Below, piece after piece: positions 1 through 12,600 of a DNA stretch of 64,000 nt. Origin of the DNA: a virus. Its lineage: Duplodnaviria; Caudoviricetes. The position numbers and the translations under genes were made by a program. The DNA is taken from IMG/VR virus record IMGVR_UViG_3300010340_000989, positions 32,001-96,000 of that record. One strand, 5' to 3'. The notes below the pieces were generated by a model. The model had not been told where the DNA came from. It searched no databases and was given only the letters and a program-made list of their open reading frames with translations. Within the stretch, counting starts at the first letter, position 1; each line of letters begins with the position of its first letter.

Positions 1-1
1 A

Positions 2-1639
2 ATTCCTGGTTTAAATAGAAGTTTTAAACTTATTCTTGGAAATGGTGGTAGAGTTGAAAATGGATATACTTGGTCTGTTGCTTATAATGGGACAAGGCTT
101 GTTGAGTATGTTGAAGGTAGAGTTGAACCGCATGTTTTAGATTTCTTATGGTCTACAAGTAGCGTTCCTGAAGGTGAATATTCATTAGCTAAGTATATGT
201 TAGAAGAACCTCGTGATGATTTTCAAACAACTGGATCAGCATTTGGTAAAGATTTTACTAGTGTTAAAAGAATGATGGGATGGTTCGGTACAGTAAATTC
301 AATATCTTCACCAGGAATAGGTGGTTCTACTGTATTCCCTAGAGGTTCTATAATTTTTGTAAATGAAGTTTTTGTTTATTGTGAAGCTCAAACTACAACA
401 ACACCAGGTGTGACAATTTCCTTTGGTTTATCACAACCAACACTTGGAGGATCCTACGGAGCATCAATATCAAGTTGGAGTCCATCATTATCATCCTTTG
501 GTGTTTCTGATAGTAGAAAAATTCTTTTCCCTGAAAGATCATTAGGTGACTTTGTAACAGGAAGTGTTTATTACACAAATTCACCAGTTGGTATAATAAG
601 ACTTAATGAGCCTGCCATGGTTGTAATATCAATTGATGGTGGATCCTTAGAGGCTAATACATTTATAAAATGTATGGTTCCTTATATAGTTGATGAAGCA
701 TCATTTAATAGTATTTCAGGAACTAATTATATAGGATCACCAAGTGTATCTAGTGGTTCAGCTAGTTCAACAAACTCATTCTTACCTCTACCAGTTCCTA
801 AAATAAATTTAATGAAAGATACTCAATCGATTGATGTGTATGACTCATCTATTAACGGAATTTTTGCAACCCAGGCTATTGTACACAATTATCCAGTTTT
901 AATAAATATGGATTTCACTAGTGAGCATTTTAGTAATCCAGAAAATAGAATTTTTATTGAAATGGTTCATTATAAAAGAAAAACTAAAAAAGTTATTTAT
1001 GATGGGGAAATGTTGCCAATTGGAACAAAATCTAATGGAAAATCTTATGTAGTACCAGCTAAGCAAATAGCTGATATAGGTCAGGACACAAGTCTTCCAT
1101 GGGTAGCTGGTGGGTTTTGGTCAAGAGTTGGAGATTCTAATTGGAATAACTCTTTATTAGTACCTGCAAAAATTGGAATAGATAGACCTAATCATTATGA
1201 AATAACGAGTTATACTATGAGCACATATAATATATGGGAATATTTTACAGGTAGGTTTGAATTTTATAATGTTAAATATAGGGATGTAACAAATGCTGTT
1301 CAAGATCTTTATACATTAATACCCGCTTCAGGAAAAAGTAAAGGAGGTAAAAATTTACCAACCAGTAGATATTCCTATTCTCCTTATTATACACCATATT
1401 ATTGTGCATTTAGATATATACAATGGGTACCAAGTGCAAACGGTGGTAGAGGACAGATAGTATCCGGACCTCTTTCAAAAATTATTAAAGTAACTGGATT
1501 TAATTTCCCATTTCAAACAAATTATGTTAAAAGTGCTGAATTTGGAGTACCAGTCTGTGATATAAGTACTAATTGGACAACTGACTGGCCTGATTCTTAT
1601 AAAGAATTGAAATGTGATTGGGTAAGTAATATCCCATAA
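2..1639 (+). CDS. Putative virion structural protein, 5'-truncated by window edge
   Basis: Frame of ORF 197..1639 is open back to nt 2 (IPGLNRSFKL...); Ser/Thr/Gly/aromatic-rich, upstream of fibre-like genes. Confidence 0.55.
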   Translation: MPGLNRSFKLILGNGGRVENGYTWSVAYNGTRLVEYVEGRVEPHVLDFLWSTSSVPEGEYSLAKYMLEEPRDDFQTTGSAFGKDFTSVKRMMGWFGTVNSISSPGIGGSTVFPRGSIIFVNEVFVYCEAQTTTTPGVTISFGLSQPTLGGSYGASISSWSPSLSSFGVSDSRKILFPERSLGDFVTGSVYYTNSPVGIIRLNEPAMVVISIDGGSLEANTFIKCMVPYIVDEASFNSISGTNYIGSPSVSSGSASSTNSFLPLPVPKINLMKDTQSIDVYDSSINGIFATQAIVHNYPVLINMDFTSEHFSNPENRIFIEMVHYKRKTKKVIYDGEMLPIGTKSNGKSYVVPAKQIADIGQDTSLPWVAGGFWSRVGDSNWNNSLLVPAKIGIDRPNHYEITSYTMSTYNIWEYFTGRFEFYNVKYRDVTNAVQDLYTLIPASGKSKGGKNLPTSRYSYSPYYTPYYCAFRYIQWVPSANGGRGQIVSGPLSKIIKVTGFNFPFQTNYVKSAEFGVPVCDISTNWTTDWPDSYKELKCDWVSNIP

Positions 1640-1657
1640 AATATATATATAATAGAT

Positions 1658-1765
1658 GAAAAAATTAAGGGATTCCGCAGTTCATCAAAATATCTACGGA
1701 TATCGAAACGCTCATATGCCTACCTAAGGGTTCGGTATAAGTTCATCGGAATCCCTAATTTTTTC
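1658..1765 (+). ncRNA. Candidate structured RNA or DNA element (multi-stem)
   Basis: GAAAAAATTAAGGGATTCCG (1658-1677) pairs with CGGAATCCCTAATTTTTTC (1747-1765), 19 bp with one bulge; inner ATATC-TACG-GATAT hairpin and TATGCC/GGTATA stem; GC-richer than surroundings. Confidence 0.5.
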
Positions 1766-1781
1766 TGAAAAAATATCAATT

Positions 1782-4700
1782 ATGTCACATTATCCAAAAA
1801 TATTCGATTTCGTAGGTACTGGTGGTTCTGGGGTTGGTCCAGGATTAACTTTTTCTGGACAAAATTATGTCATAGTAAGGTCGGTTAATACAGGAGTTCC
1901 TGCTACGGATGGGGTAACTAATGGAACTGCTTTATTAAATGGATTAGCTCAATTAGATTTACTTGATTGGGGCACGCGATCTTTAGATAATATGGGATCA
2001 TTACTATTAACTCCCGGTATTTATAACTTAGTTGATCAAACAATTACTATGATTGATTTCATCAATATAGTTGGTATATCCACTAATCGTAGAGATACTA
2101 TTATTACCGCAGATTCAATGACATCAAATCAAAACCACATTTATTGGGGAAATGTAATAACTGCTGGATTGCAAAATGTCGAATTAATTGCTGATATTAG
2201 TCATAGCGCAATAATGTTAGGTGGTGATGATACATCATTTCCTATAGTTAGAAATGTTTATTTTGGAAGTGAAAATATATTTTACAATTCAAATTATGGA
2301 TTTAATAATTTAGTTGGGATATATGATAATTGTGAATGGATTAATGGAATTAATTACGCATTTATAGCAAATGAAAATATATCAGCAACAATAACTAATA
2401 TTAAAATGTCAAATGTTAGTAATGCATTTATAGCTGGCATTGATATCTCAGGAACAATAAATAATATCACAATACAAGATGTCGGGTTTGTATTCTATGC
2501 TGATGGTGATATATCCGGATCAATAAGTAATGTTAAAATAAATAATTCAAGTGGTTATATATGTTATGCTGGTTTATCAATCTCGGGAAAAATTGATAAT
2601 ATCATCGCGGGTGGTGTTTATGTTGGATTCTTTGCTATTTATATTTCTGGAAAAATAACTAATATTAGTATAGATACTAGTAGTTTTGCAATATTCTCTG
2701 CTATTAATGATATTTCTGGAATAGTAAATGACGTTGTATTGGGTAATGTTGGATCTCAGGCATTCGACGCTGGTAATATATCAGGAACAATAAATAATAT
2801 TACTATAAGTAATAGTTCTAATGCATTCTATGTAAGTAATAATCTTTCCGGAACTATAAATGATATTATCATTGATAATGCTAGTAGTGATGTATTTTAT
2901 GCTAATAATATATCAGGAATAATAACTAATATTATAATCGGTGAAGTTTCTAGTAATTATATATTTAATAGTGCTACTTTTTCAGGAACAATAATAGATG
3001 TTACGATGGGAGATGTTAATTTCGCCTTTCGTTTTACTAGTACAATTTCAGGGAAAATATCTGATGTCACAATAGGAAATGTTATAAATTACGGGTTTTT
3101 TAGTAATGGAGATATATCAGGGACAATAACTAATATTAAGATGGGTGATGTTAATTCATCATTCCTAACTTCTGGTGGTATATCAGGAACAATAACTGAT
3201 GTTACGATGGGTAACTCTAGTTACGCCTTTTCAGTAAGTGGTGATATATCAGGAACAATAACTGATGTTACGATGGGTAATATTGATAACTATGCATTCA
3301 CTGCTGATAACATAACAGGAACAATAACTGATGTTGTGATTGGTAATGTTAATTACATGGTTTCTACTAGTGGTGATATATCGGGAACAATAACTAATAT
3401 TATTTTAGGTAACACTATTATAGCATTTTATAGTGGTGGTAATATATCAGGAACAATAACTGATGTTACGATGGGTAATGTTTCTAATAAATCATTCGAT
3501 GCTGATAATATATCAGGAACAATAACTAATATTAATATGGGTGATATTCAAACATCATTTGATGGTATTATTTCAGGAACGATAAGTAATATCAACATGA
3601 ATAATGTTAGTTCTAATGCTTTTAATGGTGATGAGATATCAGGAACAATAACTAATATTAGTATAGGCAATGTTTCTGGTAATACTTTTAATACTGGTAC
3701 TTTTTCAGGAACAATAACTGGTATTAGCATGGGAAATATTACTAACGGATTTTACACCAGTGAAATTTTAGGAACAATAAATAATGTTATTATGGGTAAT
3801 GTTACTACCTATGCGTTTTTTAGTAATAATTTGGATGGAATAATAACTAATGTTACGATGGGTGATGTTAGTAATGCATTCTATTCTACTGGTAATATGT
3901 CAGGAATAATAACCGATGTTATTATGGGCACTATTAGTAATAATGCTTTCTATACCGATATTTCTAACTCAGCAACAATAATCAATATTACAATGGGTAA
4001 TGCTCCAAATTATGCATTCCATTCAATTGTTGATATTAGGAAATCTGCAATAATAAGCAATATTACAATGGGTAATGTCAATTATGCATTTCAAACAGGA
4101 GGTAATCTAGCTGGGAAAATAACTGATGTCATTATGGGTAATGTCGCTAACGCATTTTTAGCTAGTGCTGGTGATATTGCCGGATCAATAAGTAACATCA
4201 CAATGGGTGATGTTAGTAACATAGCATTTTATGCTGATTATCTAGGATTTATTGGTGGAATAATAACTAATGTTACGATGGGTGATGTTACAAATTATGC
4301 ATTCCGTTCAAAATTTAATAGTATTTCCGGAACAATAACTAATATTAAAATAGGTAATGTTATTGATACTGCATTTTTGGCTAATGGTGGAATTGACGGA
4401 ACAATAACTAATATTACGATGGGTAATGTTAGTTCTGGTTTTGTAATTAATTTTGATGGTATTTCCGGAACAATAACTGACATTATTATAGGTGATGGAA
4501 ATATTGGATTCTATGTAGAGGGTGGTGACATCTCCGGAAAAATAACGAATATTACGATGGGTAATTTTGCTACAGGAATATTTTCTGAAAATATATCCGG
4601 AGTAGTAAGTGATATAAAAATTAGTAATACAACTAATACATTTCAAATAGCCTACAGTATATCTGGGATAATAAATAATATTATAATTATGGGCACTGTT

Positions 4701-5660
4701 AGTAATGCATTTATATCTGGTGATATATCTGGAACAATAACTGATGTTATAATGGGTAATGTTTCTAAAGGATTTTATATCACTGTTGGTGAATTATCAG
4801 GAATAATAAATAATATTACCATGGGTGAGGTTGGATTAGGATTTTCTACTACTGGTGGTAGTATTTCGGGAACAATTAGTCATGTTAATATGAGAACTGC
4901 TACTAGTGCATTTAGTGTTATTTCTAGTGGTAATATATCTGGAACAATAACTGATGTTACGATGGGTGATGTTGATTATGGATTTCAAACTGAAGATGGT
5001 GATATATCTGGTACAATAACTAATGTTACTATGGGTAATGTTGCAGGATTAGCTGCATTTTATACAGGAAAAGGAGCTCCTTCAGGTAGTGATATATCTG
5101 GAATAATAACTAATGTTACTATGGGTAATTGTAATTCCGAAGCATTCTGGGCTAGTAGCGGTGATATATCTGGAATAATAAATAATGTCAGTATTGGTGA
5201 TGTTTATATAGCATTTCGAGGTGTTGGTTCTATCTCAGGAATAATTAATAATGTTAAAATGGGTGATGTCGATATAGCATTTAATGCTAATAATATTGAT
5301 ATATCTGGATCAATATCTAATGTTACCATGGGTAATTGTGGTAATTCATTCAAAAGTGATAGTGGATCTATCACAGGTAAAATACACTATGTCAAATCAA
5401 ATGGTAGTATTGTTACGGCTGGAAGTTTTACAGGAGAATTATTAAACTGTGAATTTGATTGTCTTGGAAAAGCTACAACCGTAATAAATGAAGTTGGTTC
5501 TACCGCAATAATTGAACGATGTAAATTACTATCTGATGCTGTCCCAACTATTTATTCATCAACATCTGTTAATGTTCAAATACTTTACACAATTATTAAT
5601 AATGGAACTACTAATATCACACCAATACCAGCTACTAATTATAATCTAAGTACTTGGTAA
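1782..5660 (+). CDS. Giant beta-helix/solenoid repeat protein, paralog 1 (putative fibre/adhesin)
   Basis: ~22-23 aa repeat ISGTITNITMGNVxxAF over ~1000 aa; N-terminal LLLxPGxYNL typical of parallel beta-helix starts. Confidence 0.7.
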   Translation: MSHYPKIFDFVGTGGSGVGPGLTFSGQNYVIVRSVNTGVPATDGVTNGTALLNGLAQLDLLDWGTRSLDNMGSLLLTPGIYNLVDQTITMIDFINIVGISTNRRDTIITADSMTSNQNHIYWGNVITAGLQNVELIADISHSAIMLGGDDTSFPIVRNVYFGSENIFYNSNYGFNNLVGIYDNCEWINGINYAFIANENISATITNIKMSNVSNAFIAGIDISGTINNITIQDVGFVFYADGDISGSISNVKINNSSGYICYAGLSISGKIDNIIAGGVYVGFFAIYISGKITNISIDTSSFAIFSAINDISGIVNDVVLGNVGSQAFDAGNISGTINNITISNSSNAFYVSNNLSGTINDIIIDNASSDVFYANNISGIITNIIIGEVSSNYIFNSATFSGTIIDVTMGDVNFAFRFTSTISGKISDVTIGNVINYGFFSNGDISGTITNIKMGDVNSSFLTSGGISGTITDVTMGNSSYAFSVSGDISGTITDVTMGNIDNYAFTADNITGTITDVVIGNVNYMVSTSGDISGTITNIILGNTIIAFYSGGNISGTITDVTMGNVSNKSFDADNISGTITNINMGDIQTSFDGIISGTISNINMNNVSSNAFNGDEISGTITNISIGNVSGNTFNTGTFSGTITGISMGNITNGFYTSEILGTINNVIMGNVTTYAFFSNNLDGIITNVTMGDVSNAFYSTGNMSGIITDVIMGTISNNAFYTDISNSATIINITMGNAPNYAFHSIVDIRKSAIISNITMGNVNYAFQTGGNLAGKITDVIMGNVANAFLASAGDIAGSISNITMGDVSNIAFYADYLGFIGGIITNVTMGDVTNYAFRSKFNSISGTITNIKIGNVIDTAFLANGGIDGTITNITMGNVSSGFVINFDGISGTITDIIIGDGNIGFYVEGGDISGKITNITMGNFATGIFSENISGVVSDIKISNTTNTFQIAYSISGIINNIIIMGTVSNAFISGDISGTITDVIMGNVSKGFYITVGELSGIINNITMGEVGLGFSTTGGSISGTISHVNMRTATSAFSVISSGNISGTITDVTMGDVDYGFQTEDGDISGTITNVTMGNVAGLAAFYTGKGAPSGSDISGIITNVTMGNCNSEAFWASSGDISGIINNVSIGDVYIAFRGVGSISGIINNVKMGDVDIAFNANNIDISGSISNVTMGNCGNSFKSDSGSITGKIHYVKSNGSIVTAGSFTGELLNCEFDCLGKATTVINEVGSTAIIERCKLLSDAVPTIYSSTSVNVQILYTIINNGTTNITPIPATNYNLSTW

Positions 5661-5682
5661 AAATTTGGGAAGTAATCTTACA

Positions 5683-5691
5683 TAATATATA
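5683..5691 (+). promoter_or_regulatory. Putative phage late promoter TAATATATA
   Basis: Motif recurs just upstream of many starts. Confidence 0.6.
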
Positions 5692-5696
5692 TTGAA

Positions 5697-8600
5697 ATGT
5701 CTCATTATCCAAAAATATTAGATTTTGTAGGTACTGGAGGAAGTGCTGGTTTAACTTTTTCTGGACAAAATTATGTCATAGTAGAATCAGTTAATACTGG
5801 AGTTCCTGCTACAGATGGAGTAACTAATGGAACTGCTTTATTAAATGGATTAGCTCAATTAGATTTACTTGATTGGGGCACGCGATCTTTAGATAATATG
5901 GGTAGTTTATTATTAATGCCTGGAATCTATAACTTAGTTGATCAGACAATCACTATGATTGATTTCATCAATATAGTTGGTATATCCACTAATCGTAGAG
6001 ATACTATTATTACCGCAGATTCAATGACATCAAGCCAAAACCACATTTATTGGGGAAATGGAATAACTGCTGGATTACAAAATGTCGAATTAATTGCTGA
6101 TGTTGCAAATGATGCAATAATGTTAAGAGGAAGAGAATTATCATTTCCTATTATTGAAAATGTTTATCTTGGAAGTGAAAATATGTGTTTTAATTTGTTC
6201 GGATCCTATGGATTTAGTGATCTAGTTGGTATTTGGAACAATTGTGAGTGGGCAACTGGGATTAATTATGCGTTTGTTGCGGAAAATATATTAGCAACAA
6301 TAACTAATATTATAATGGGTAATACGAATATTGCTTTCTATTGTGTGACTGGTAATATATCCGGAACAGTTAGTAACATTACTATGGGTGATGTCAATAA
6401 CTCGTTTTATACTGGAGGTGATATTTCTGGAACAATAAATAATATTAAAGTAGGTAATGCTTCTTCATCATTATTTTCTATTGGTGGTGAAATGTCAGGG
6501 ATAATAACTGATGTTATTATGAATGATGTTTATTTTGCATTCACAGTAAATGGTAATATATCAGGAATGATTAGTAATATTATTATTGGTAATGTTTCTG
6601 AAGATACATTTAATACAGGTAATATATCAGGAAATATAACTGATATTATAATGGGTAATATTGCGAATAACGCTTTCTATATTGTAGGCACTATGTCAGG
6701 AACAATAGCTAATATTACGATGGGTGATGTTACAAGTTCTGTATATGATGTTCTTGGTGATATGTCAGGAAAAATAACTAATATATTAATAGGGGATGTA
6801 TCAAATGCGTTTCATACATCTGGAAGTATAACAGGAATACTAACCGATATTAAAATGGGTAATGTTTCTGGTAAATCATTTCACGCTCAAGATAATATAT
6901 CAGGTACAATTACTAATGTAGTAATGGGTAATGTTAGTTACGAAGGATTCTATGCTCAATATGGTGATATCTCAGGAAAAATAACTGATATCAAAATAGG
7001 TACTATTTATGGTACATCATCTTTTACAGCCAACGGTAGTATCTCAGGAATAATAACCAATGTTACAATGGGTGATATTACTAATAATGGATTTTATGCT
7101 TATACCGATATTTCTGGATCAATATCTAATATTTTGATGGGTAATGTTCCAACTGGTAGATCATTCCAAGCCAATAACGATATATCTGGGACAATAACTA
7201 ATATTATAATGGGTGATGTTTTAGGAGAATATGCATTCTATGCTGGTAGTAATATTTCTGGATCAATAAGAGATATTATTATAGGTAGTGTTAGTAATAC
7301 ATTCTTTTCTGTTAATGAGATATCTGGTTCAATAAATAGTGTTATTATGGGTAATGTCACAAATAGGGCATTCTGGACTGGTGGAAATATGTCAGGAATA
7401 ATATCTGATGTTAAAATGGGTAATGTTACAGATTATGCTTTTTACATTGATAACTCACTCTCAGGAATAATAAATAATATTATAATTGGTAATGCTCAGT
7501 CAGTATTTCGATCTAATTCTTCAATATCAGGGACAATAACTAATATTATTATTGGTGATATTTCACAATATGTATTTTATGTTTTTGGATCTGGGGATAT
7601 ATCAGGTAAAATATGTAATATAACAATTGGAAATGTTTATAGAGCATTTAAATCTTATAACATTTCAGGAGAAATAACTAATATTATAATAGGAGAAGTC
7701 AATAATGCTGCATTCTATTCTTCTAATTCTATATCAGGAAAAATATCTGATGTTAAAATGAATGGTGTTTATAATGCATTCATTTGTGATAATTTATTAT
7801 CAGGGACTATAACTAATATAACAATGGGTACAGTTAGTAATTATGCATTCTATGTCACTGGTGGTGATTTATTAGGGTCAATATCTGATATTATAATTGG
7901 TAATGTTACTGGTTTTGTATTTCGATCTAACAATATTTTAGGAACGATAAATAATGTTGTTATGGGTGATGTTGATAATAGTGTGTTTTATACTGGAGGT
8001 GATATATCAGGAGTAATAAGAGATATTACTATAGGTAATGCTATTGAGTATGTATTTTACGCACCCAATGGTAGTATGTTAGGAACAATAAGTAGTATTA
8101 CAATGGGTGACGTTGGTAATACTGCATTCTATTCATATAATTCTATTTCAGGGACAATCACCGATGTTATTATGTATGATGTCAATTATGCTTTCCAATC
8201 TATTATTGGAGATATATCTGGAAATATAACTAATATCAAAATGGGTGAGGTTACTAGCTCATTTTTCTCTGTTAATATAACAGGTACAATTACTGATATT
8301 ACTATGGGTAATATCAGTAATATTGCATTCTATTCTAGTAATTCAATCTCAGGAACTATAAATAATATTAGAATGGGTAACATCTATAATGAAGCATTTA
8401 ATGCTGACAACATATCAGGAGTAATAACTAGTGTTGTGATGAAAAATGTTAGTGGTAATTATGCTTATTATGTAGTTGGTGATATATCTGGAACAATAAG
8501 TGATGTTATTATGGGTAATGTTTCATTTTATGCATTCCATTCTAATACTGGTAATATTTCCGGAACTATAACTAATATTACGATGGGTGATGTTGGTTAT

Positions 8601-9611
8601 CTATTTTATGCTGATGGTAATATTTCTGGAAAAATAGATAATATCACAATGAATAATGCCAATTATCCATTTTATGCTAATACTGGTAATATTTCCGGAA
8701 CTATAAATCATGTTACGATGGGTGATGTTTCAACTACATTCTACGCTAATAACATCTCATCTACAATAATGAATGTTAAAATGGGTAATGTGATTAAGTA
8801 TGCATTCTATGCTAATACTGGTAATATCTCAGGAAATATAACTAATATAACGATGGGTAATGTTTATAATGCATTTCATGCTCATGGTGATATATCAGGA
8901 ATAATAAGTGATATTATCATGTCTGATATTATTAATCCTAGTTTAGATCCTGGTAATGTATTTATCAGTATTTCTAGTAACATTTCGGGTGTAATAAATA
9001 ATATAATTATTGGTAATGATGGTAGATATATTTTTCATACTCAAGCTGGTGATATATCCGGAACAATAAGTAATATTATTGTAGGTGATGTCGAATCTAT
9101 ATTTTATTCTATTGGTAATATTTCCGGAACTATAACTAATATTAAAATGGGTGATGGAGAACAACCATTTCGTGCGACCAGTAATATTTCAGGAATAATA
9201 AATGATGTTATAATCGGTAGTGCTACTTTGGCATTTTATGCTATTGGTAATATATCAGGAACAATAAATAATATTAAAATGAGTAATATTACAAGTACTT
9301 ATTCATTTTATGCAAATAACATTTCATCAACAATGAGTTATGTTGAATCTAATGGATCTATTAATACAGGTGGTAGCTTTACTGGAAAATTAATAAATTG
9401 TGAATTCGATTGTAGAGGGAAAGGGATAACAGTAATTAATAATTTAGGATCTAATGCAATAATTGAGAATTCAAAATTATTATCAGATACAGGATTTTAT
9501 TCTATTTCAGCATCAGCATCTATTTCTGCTCAAATACTTTATACGATTACAAATGAAGGAATAGATCCTTTGATTACAGTACCTGTGACTAATTATAATT
9601 CAGACATATAA
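5697..9611 (+). CDS. Giant beta-solenoid repeat protein, paralog 2
   Basis: Same MSHYPKI N-domain, repeat and NCEFDC C-cap as paralog 1. Confidence 0.7.
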   Translation: MSHYPKILDFVGTGGSAGLTFSGQNYVIVESVNTGVPATDGVTNGTALLNGLAQLDLLDWGTRSLDNMGSLLLMPGIYNLVDQTITMIDFINIVGISTNRRDTIITADSMTSSQNHIYWGNGITAGLQNVELIADVANDAIMLRGRELSFPIIENVYLGSENMCFNLFGSYGFSDLVGIWNNCEWATGINYAFVAENILATITNIIMGNTNIAFYCVTGNISGTVSNITMGDVNNSFYTGGDISGTINNIKVGNASSSLFSIGGEMSGIITDVIMNDVYFAFTVNGNISGMISNIIIGNVSEDTFNTGNISGNITDIIMGNIANNAFYIVGTMSGTIANITMGDVTSSVYDVLGDMSGKITNILIGDVSNAFHTSGSITGILTDIKMGNVSGKSFHAQDNISGTITNVVMGNVSYEGFYAQYGDISGKITDIKIGTIYGTSSFTANGSISGIITNVTMGDITNNGFYAYTDISGSISNILMGNVPTGRSFQANNDISGTITNIIMGDVLGEYAFYAGSNISGSIRDIIIGSVSNTFFSVNEISGSINSVIMGNVTNRAFWTGGNMSGIISDVKMGNVTDYAFYIDNSLSGIINNIIIGNAQSVFRSNSSISGTITNIIIGDISQYVFYVFGSGDISGKICNITIGNVYRAFKSYNISGEITNIIIGEVNNAAFYSSNSISGKISDVKMNGVYNAFICDNLLSGTITNITMGTVSNYAFYVTGGDLLGSISDIIIGNVTGFVFRSNNILGTINNVVMGDVDNSVFYTGGDISGVIRDITIGNAIEYVFYAPNGSMLGTISSITMGDVGNTAFYSYNSISGTITDVIMYDVNYAFQSIIGDISGNITNIKMGEVTSSFFSVNITGTITDITMGNISNIAFYSSNSISGTINNIRMGNIYNEAFNADNISGVITSVVMKNVSGNYAYYVVGDISGTISDVIMGNVSFYAFHSNTGNISGTITNITMGDVGYLFYADGNISGKIDNITMNNANYPFYANTGNISGTINHVTMGDVSTTFYANNISSTIMNVKMGNVIKYAFYANTGNISGNITNITMGNVYNAFHAHGDISGIISDIIMSDIINPSLDPGNVFISISSNISGVINNIIIGNDGRYIFHTQAGDISGTISNIIVGDVESIFYSIGNISGTITNIKMGDGEQPFRATSNISGIINDVIIGSATLAFYAIGNISGTINNIKMSNITSTYSFYANNISSTMSYVESNGSINTGGSFTGKLINCEFDCRGKGITVINNLGSNAIIENSKLLSDTGFYSISASASISAQILYTITNEGIDPLITVPVTNYNSDI

Positions 9612-9635
9612 CAAATGTGGGTAGATTATCTTCTA

Positions 9636-9644
9636 TAATATATA
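9636..9644 (+). promoter_or_regulatory. Putative late promoter TAATATATA
   Basis: Upstream of 9670 start; overlaps a TATATTTG at 9641-9648. Confidence 0.55.
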
Positions 9645-9669
9645 TTTGAATAATAATAAAAATTCATAA

Positions 9670-12600
9670 ATGTCTCATTATCCAAAAATATTTGATTATG
9701 CCGGGAGTGGTGGAGGTGGAGGTTTAACTTTTTCCGGACAAAACTATGTTATAGTAGAATCGGTTAATACTGGAGTTCCTGCTACGGATGGAGTAACTAA
9801 TGGTAATAGATTATTAAATGGGTTAATCCAATTAAATTCTCTCGACTGGGGTACTCGATCTTTAAATAGTATGGGTAGTCTATTATTAATGCCTGGAACT
9901 TATAACTTAGTTGATCAGACAATCACTATGATTGATTTTACCAATATAGTTGGTATATCCACTAATCGTAGAGATACTATTATTACCGCAGATTCGATGG
10001 CAACAAATCAAAACCATATCTATTTTGGATCAGGTATAACTGCTGGATTACAAAATGTTGAATTGATTGCTGATGTTGCAAATGATGCAATAATGTTAGG
10101 AGGTGATGATACATCATTTCCTATTATTGAAAATGTTTATTTTGGAAGTGAGAATATGCTTGTTAATTCATTATTTAATTTTGGATTTAATAATTTGATT
10201 GGTAAATATGACAATTGTGAGTGGATTAGTGGGATTAATTACGCATTTTCATCTAATCAAGATATATCAGCAACAATAACTGATGTTAAAATGGGTGATG
10301 TTAGTTTCGGATTTTATGCTTTAGATAATATATCAGGAACTATTAGTAATATTAGAATGAATACTGTTAATATTGGATTTGTTTCAAATAATGGGGATAT
10401 ATCAGGGACAATAACTAATGTTATTATTGGTAATGTTAGCTCAGGATTTTATTCTTCATCAGATATCTCAGGAAAATTAACCAATATTAAGATTGGTGAT
10501 GTTATTAATTATGCAATAGGTTCAAGTGGTAATATCTCAGGAAAGATAAATAATGTCAGAATTGGTGAGGTTAGTACAGGAGCATTTTATGCTACTGGTA
10601 CTTTTTCTGGGATAATAACAGATGTCATAATGGGAAATGTCAGCGGTACAGCATTTCGTTCTCAAACTGGTAATATATCAGGATTAATAAGTGATGTTAT
10701 AATGGGTAATTTTGTTGGTAACGGATTTCGTGCTAATACTGGTGATATATCGGCGAAGATAACAAATATTACTATGGGTAGTGGTAATAATGCATTTTAT
10801 GCTGTTAATAAAATATCAGGAACTATGAGTAATATAACAATGGGTGATATTACTGGAATTGCATTCCGATCCGGTGCTTCTATAACAGCCGAAATAACAA
10901 ATATTAATATAGGGAATGTTACAGGCAAATCTGTATTTGAATCTAATAGTGATAATATATCTGGAAAAATTAATCATATTACTATGGGTGATGTTGGATA
11001 TGCGTTTAACACACCTTCTGGTGATATATCTGGAACAATAAGTGATGTTATTATGGGTGATGGTGATATTTCATTTTACTCACTTGGTATAATTTCAGGA
11101 GTAATATCTAATATTACAATGGGTAATTTTTCTAGCGCATTTTCTGCACTCTATGGTATTGAAGGTATAATTAGCAATATTACTATGGGTGATATTACTA
11201 ATTATGCCTTCAATACTGATGGTGATATATCTGCAAAAATAACTGATGTTATTATAGGTGATGTTACCACTGCATTTTTAGCTAATGATGCTAATATTTC
11301 TGGAATAATAACTAATATTTCAATGGGTAATGTTCTTAACGGTTTTTCTGGAAATTTCATATCAGGAACTATGAGTTATATTAAAATGGGTAGTTCTACA
11401 AACGCATTTTCTGCTGCTAATGATATATCTGGAACAATAACTAGTGTTATTATGGGAACTGTTAGTAGTTCATTTTACGCAAATGATTTTTCTGGCACAA
11501 TAAATAATGTTACAATTGGAACTGTTAGTACTAGTGCATTCAATATTATTAATGAAATATCAGGGAAAATAAGTAATATTAATATAGGAAATGTTACTGG
11601 CACCTATACATTTAATATTGGTACTTTTTCAGGAACAATAACTGATATTATGATGGGTGATGTTAGTTATGGATTTAGATCTATTGGTAATATGTCAGGT
11701 AAAATATCTAATATTACGATGGGTCATTCTATTTATGCCTTTCGATCTCAAAATGGTGATATATCTGGAATAATAACTGATATCATAATGGGTAGTGTTA
11801 GTGTAGCATTCTTCTCTCCAGGAAGTATTTCCGGAACAATAACTAATATTACTATGGGTGATGTTAGCACTTATACATTCTATACTAGTGAAGGTGATAT
11901 ATCTGGAAAAATAAACAATATCACAATGGGTGATGTTAATAGTAAGGCATTTTGGTCTTATACTGGTGATATATCAGGAACAATTACTAATATTACTATG
12001 GGTAATGTTGATTATGCATTTAGAACAGATAGTGGTACAATATCTGGTATAATAGGTGATGTTATAATGGGTGATGTTAATAATTATGCTTTTCTTAGCA
12101 ATAATGGTGATATATCAGGAACAATAACTGATATCATTATGAATAATGTTTCTATTACAGCATTTAATAGTAACCTTGCAAATATATCAGGTGTAATAAG
12201 TAATATTAGTATGTGTGGCGTTTCAGCGTCGGTATTTAATACATCAGGTGATATGTCAGGATCAATATCTAATATAATAATGGGAGATTGTGATAGTCCA
12301 TTTGATATATCAGGTGATATATCAGGAACAATAACTAATATCATAATGGGTATTAGCACCAATGCCTTTTCTGGATCTGATATCTCAGGTAAAATAAGTG
12401 ATGTAATTATGGGAACAACTAGTACATCATTTCTAACAACCACTGGTGATATATCAGGAGCCATTGATAATATCAAAATGGTAGGATTCGGAAATGGATT
12501 TCACTCAACAGGTAATATATCTGGAACAATAACTAATATTATTATGGGTGATGGTGATATTGCATTTTATGCGGAGACAGGGAATATTTCAGGGAATATA

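Noticed and set aside
1658-1765. Hammerhead ribozyme or tRNA
   Set aside because: A hairpin followed by CGAAAC is present but no CUGANGA core on either strand; no cloverleaf
3548-12476. Minus-strand ORFs inside the solenoid genes (3548, 4295, 4308, 8943, 12084) and 393..584
   Set aside because: Antisense shadows of repetitive coding sequence
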